This document shows positions 62,880-64,000 of a stretch of DNA of 64,000 bases, piece after piece (positions within the stretch are counted from its first letter, which is position 1; every line of letters begins with the position of its first letter). The position numbers and the translations under genes are program-made. The stretch is taken from positions 21,018,001-21,082,000 of the forward strand of contig JBHGNT010000001.1 in NCBI GenBank assembly GCA_043228905.1. The letters are read 5' to 3'. This DNA comes from Azolla caroliniana (Eukaryota; Plantae; Polypodiophyta). The notes under the pieces are model-generated. The model had not been told where the DNA came from. It saw nothing but the letters and a program-made list of their open reading frames with translations, and did no database searches.

Positions 62880-63208
62880 AGTTGTTAACTTGTAGGTTGT
62901 ACAATAAGTCTCTAATAGTAGTGACCATCTTTGACCAAGGAAGAAGCACAAAGGATTCAGGAGAAAGCATACAAGTACTTCCTACAAGGAGGGTACTTCT
63001 AGAAGCACCCAAACAAGAAGACGGGAATGTCATGAGGCAGTTTTCAAGGAGGAACATACAATGGTGGTGTATGAGTTCTATGAGAGTCCTTGGGCGAACC
63101 ATAAAGGGAACATGTGGAACTTTTGAGAAGCTAAAGGAGAACTATTGGTGGTTGGGAATTTACAAGGATGTCACCTATTTTGTGAAAGCTACTCAATATA
63201 TTAGAATG
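62880..63208 (+). mobile_element. Old gypsy integrase H2C2 fragment (C-like family)
   Basis: GTCGTFEKLKENYWWLGIYKDVTYFVK resembles C: GTWATFVKIKQRYWWKNMYKDVAEF. Confidence 0.6.
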
Positions 63209-64000
63209 TGTAAAGAATTAGATGCAGATGCTCTTGCTCAACAGAAACAATCGACGCAACCGAACACCACAAGACATTTAGATATATATAGAGATTGAGT
63301 GAGAGAGGGAGACTAATTGAGGAGACAACAATAAATTTATATTTCAAAAAATAAGATTCAGTACTCGATTCATACAAATGTGCGTACAAAGCACTTTATA
63401 TACAAACCCTGACAGTGGGCAGACACAAGTACTATGAGTACTTTAATGCTAATAAATGAGCTATAACACATAATATCCCTTATGCTATGTTTGGCTCTAA
63501 ATCCTAACGGCCTTCATAGCTTGGCGACTTTCTCTCAGCCTACCGGCCTTTTGCCGTTCGACTCATGTTGAGCTTGTCCCTCAACACTCTCCCTCAAGCT
63601 CGACTTGAAGTTCCTCCTTCTACTCTACCGATTCTTCGCCTCGACCACTTCTGCTAGCTTGCTTCCTGGCCCATGCTCCACAACCCGTCAGGTTCCGCGC
63701 TCCTCGACCTGCTTGGTAGGCTTGTCTAGTCCCAAGGCCCTCGATGACCTTATCCTTGCCTCTTCGGATTTGGTGCCCTCCGACTTGTCGGCTCCTTTTT
63801 ATCGGCATTTGCTTCAACTGCCTCCTTATTCGTTTGGCCTTCATATGATTCGACTCATCCGAATCACTCTCATCTGAATCGGTTGTCTCCTATTCATCTC
63901 CATTGTTAGTCGAATGGACTATCTCCAATTCATCTCCAATCTGACCTCTGGCTATCTTAGCCCAAGTCTTCTCGACTTTCATCTCTTTTCAAACTTTGCC
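63209..64000 (-). mobile_element. Copia 3' LTR (63209-63586), PPT and 3' internal region, running off the window
   Basis: TGTAAAGAA..TTGAGCTTGTCCCTCAACA then CTCTCCCTCAAGCTCGACTTGA, the same layout as the Copia-2 3' end. Confidence 0.8.

Overview
Transposon-dense land-plant nuclear DNA, probably from a non-seed plant such as a bryophyte (inferred from the TE lineages). I recognise only one host gene: a 3-exon nuclear gene for plastid ribosomal protein uS10c (48572-46056, minus). 650-25706 is a four-level nest of LTR retrotransposons: Copia-1 contains Gypsy G1, G1 contains Gypsy B and Copia-2, and B contains Gypsy C. Every nested insertion has a readable TSD. Next come copia debris and a large Sola2-like DNA transposon region (spliced transposase, a convergent FCP1/NIF-like gene, intronic palindromic satellite) with a non-autonomous LTR element D in its intron. 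After that are a Tcn1/Tf1-like self-priming gypsy fragment and a LINE 3' end. A 13-kb Mutator-like element sits ~160 bp upstream of the RPS10 ATG and carries a REF6/JMJ705-like fragment plus a full-length Tnt1/Tork-like copia. The window ends with a Mutator MITE and another copia 3' end. Top finding: G1, B and D have different LTRs and no polypurine tract. Each instead carries a conserved ~40-nt tRNA-Arg 3'-half mimic (an inverted second PBS) exactly 2 nt from the 3' LTR. B and D also share an unannotated coiled-coil accessory protein.
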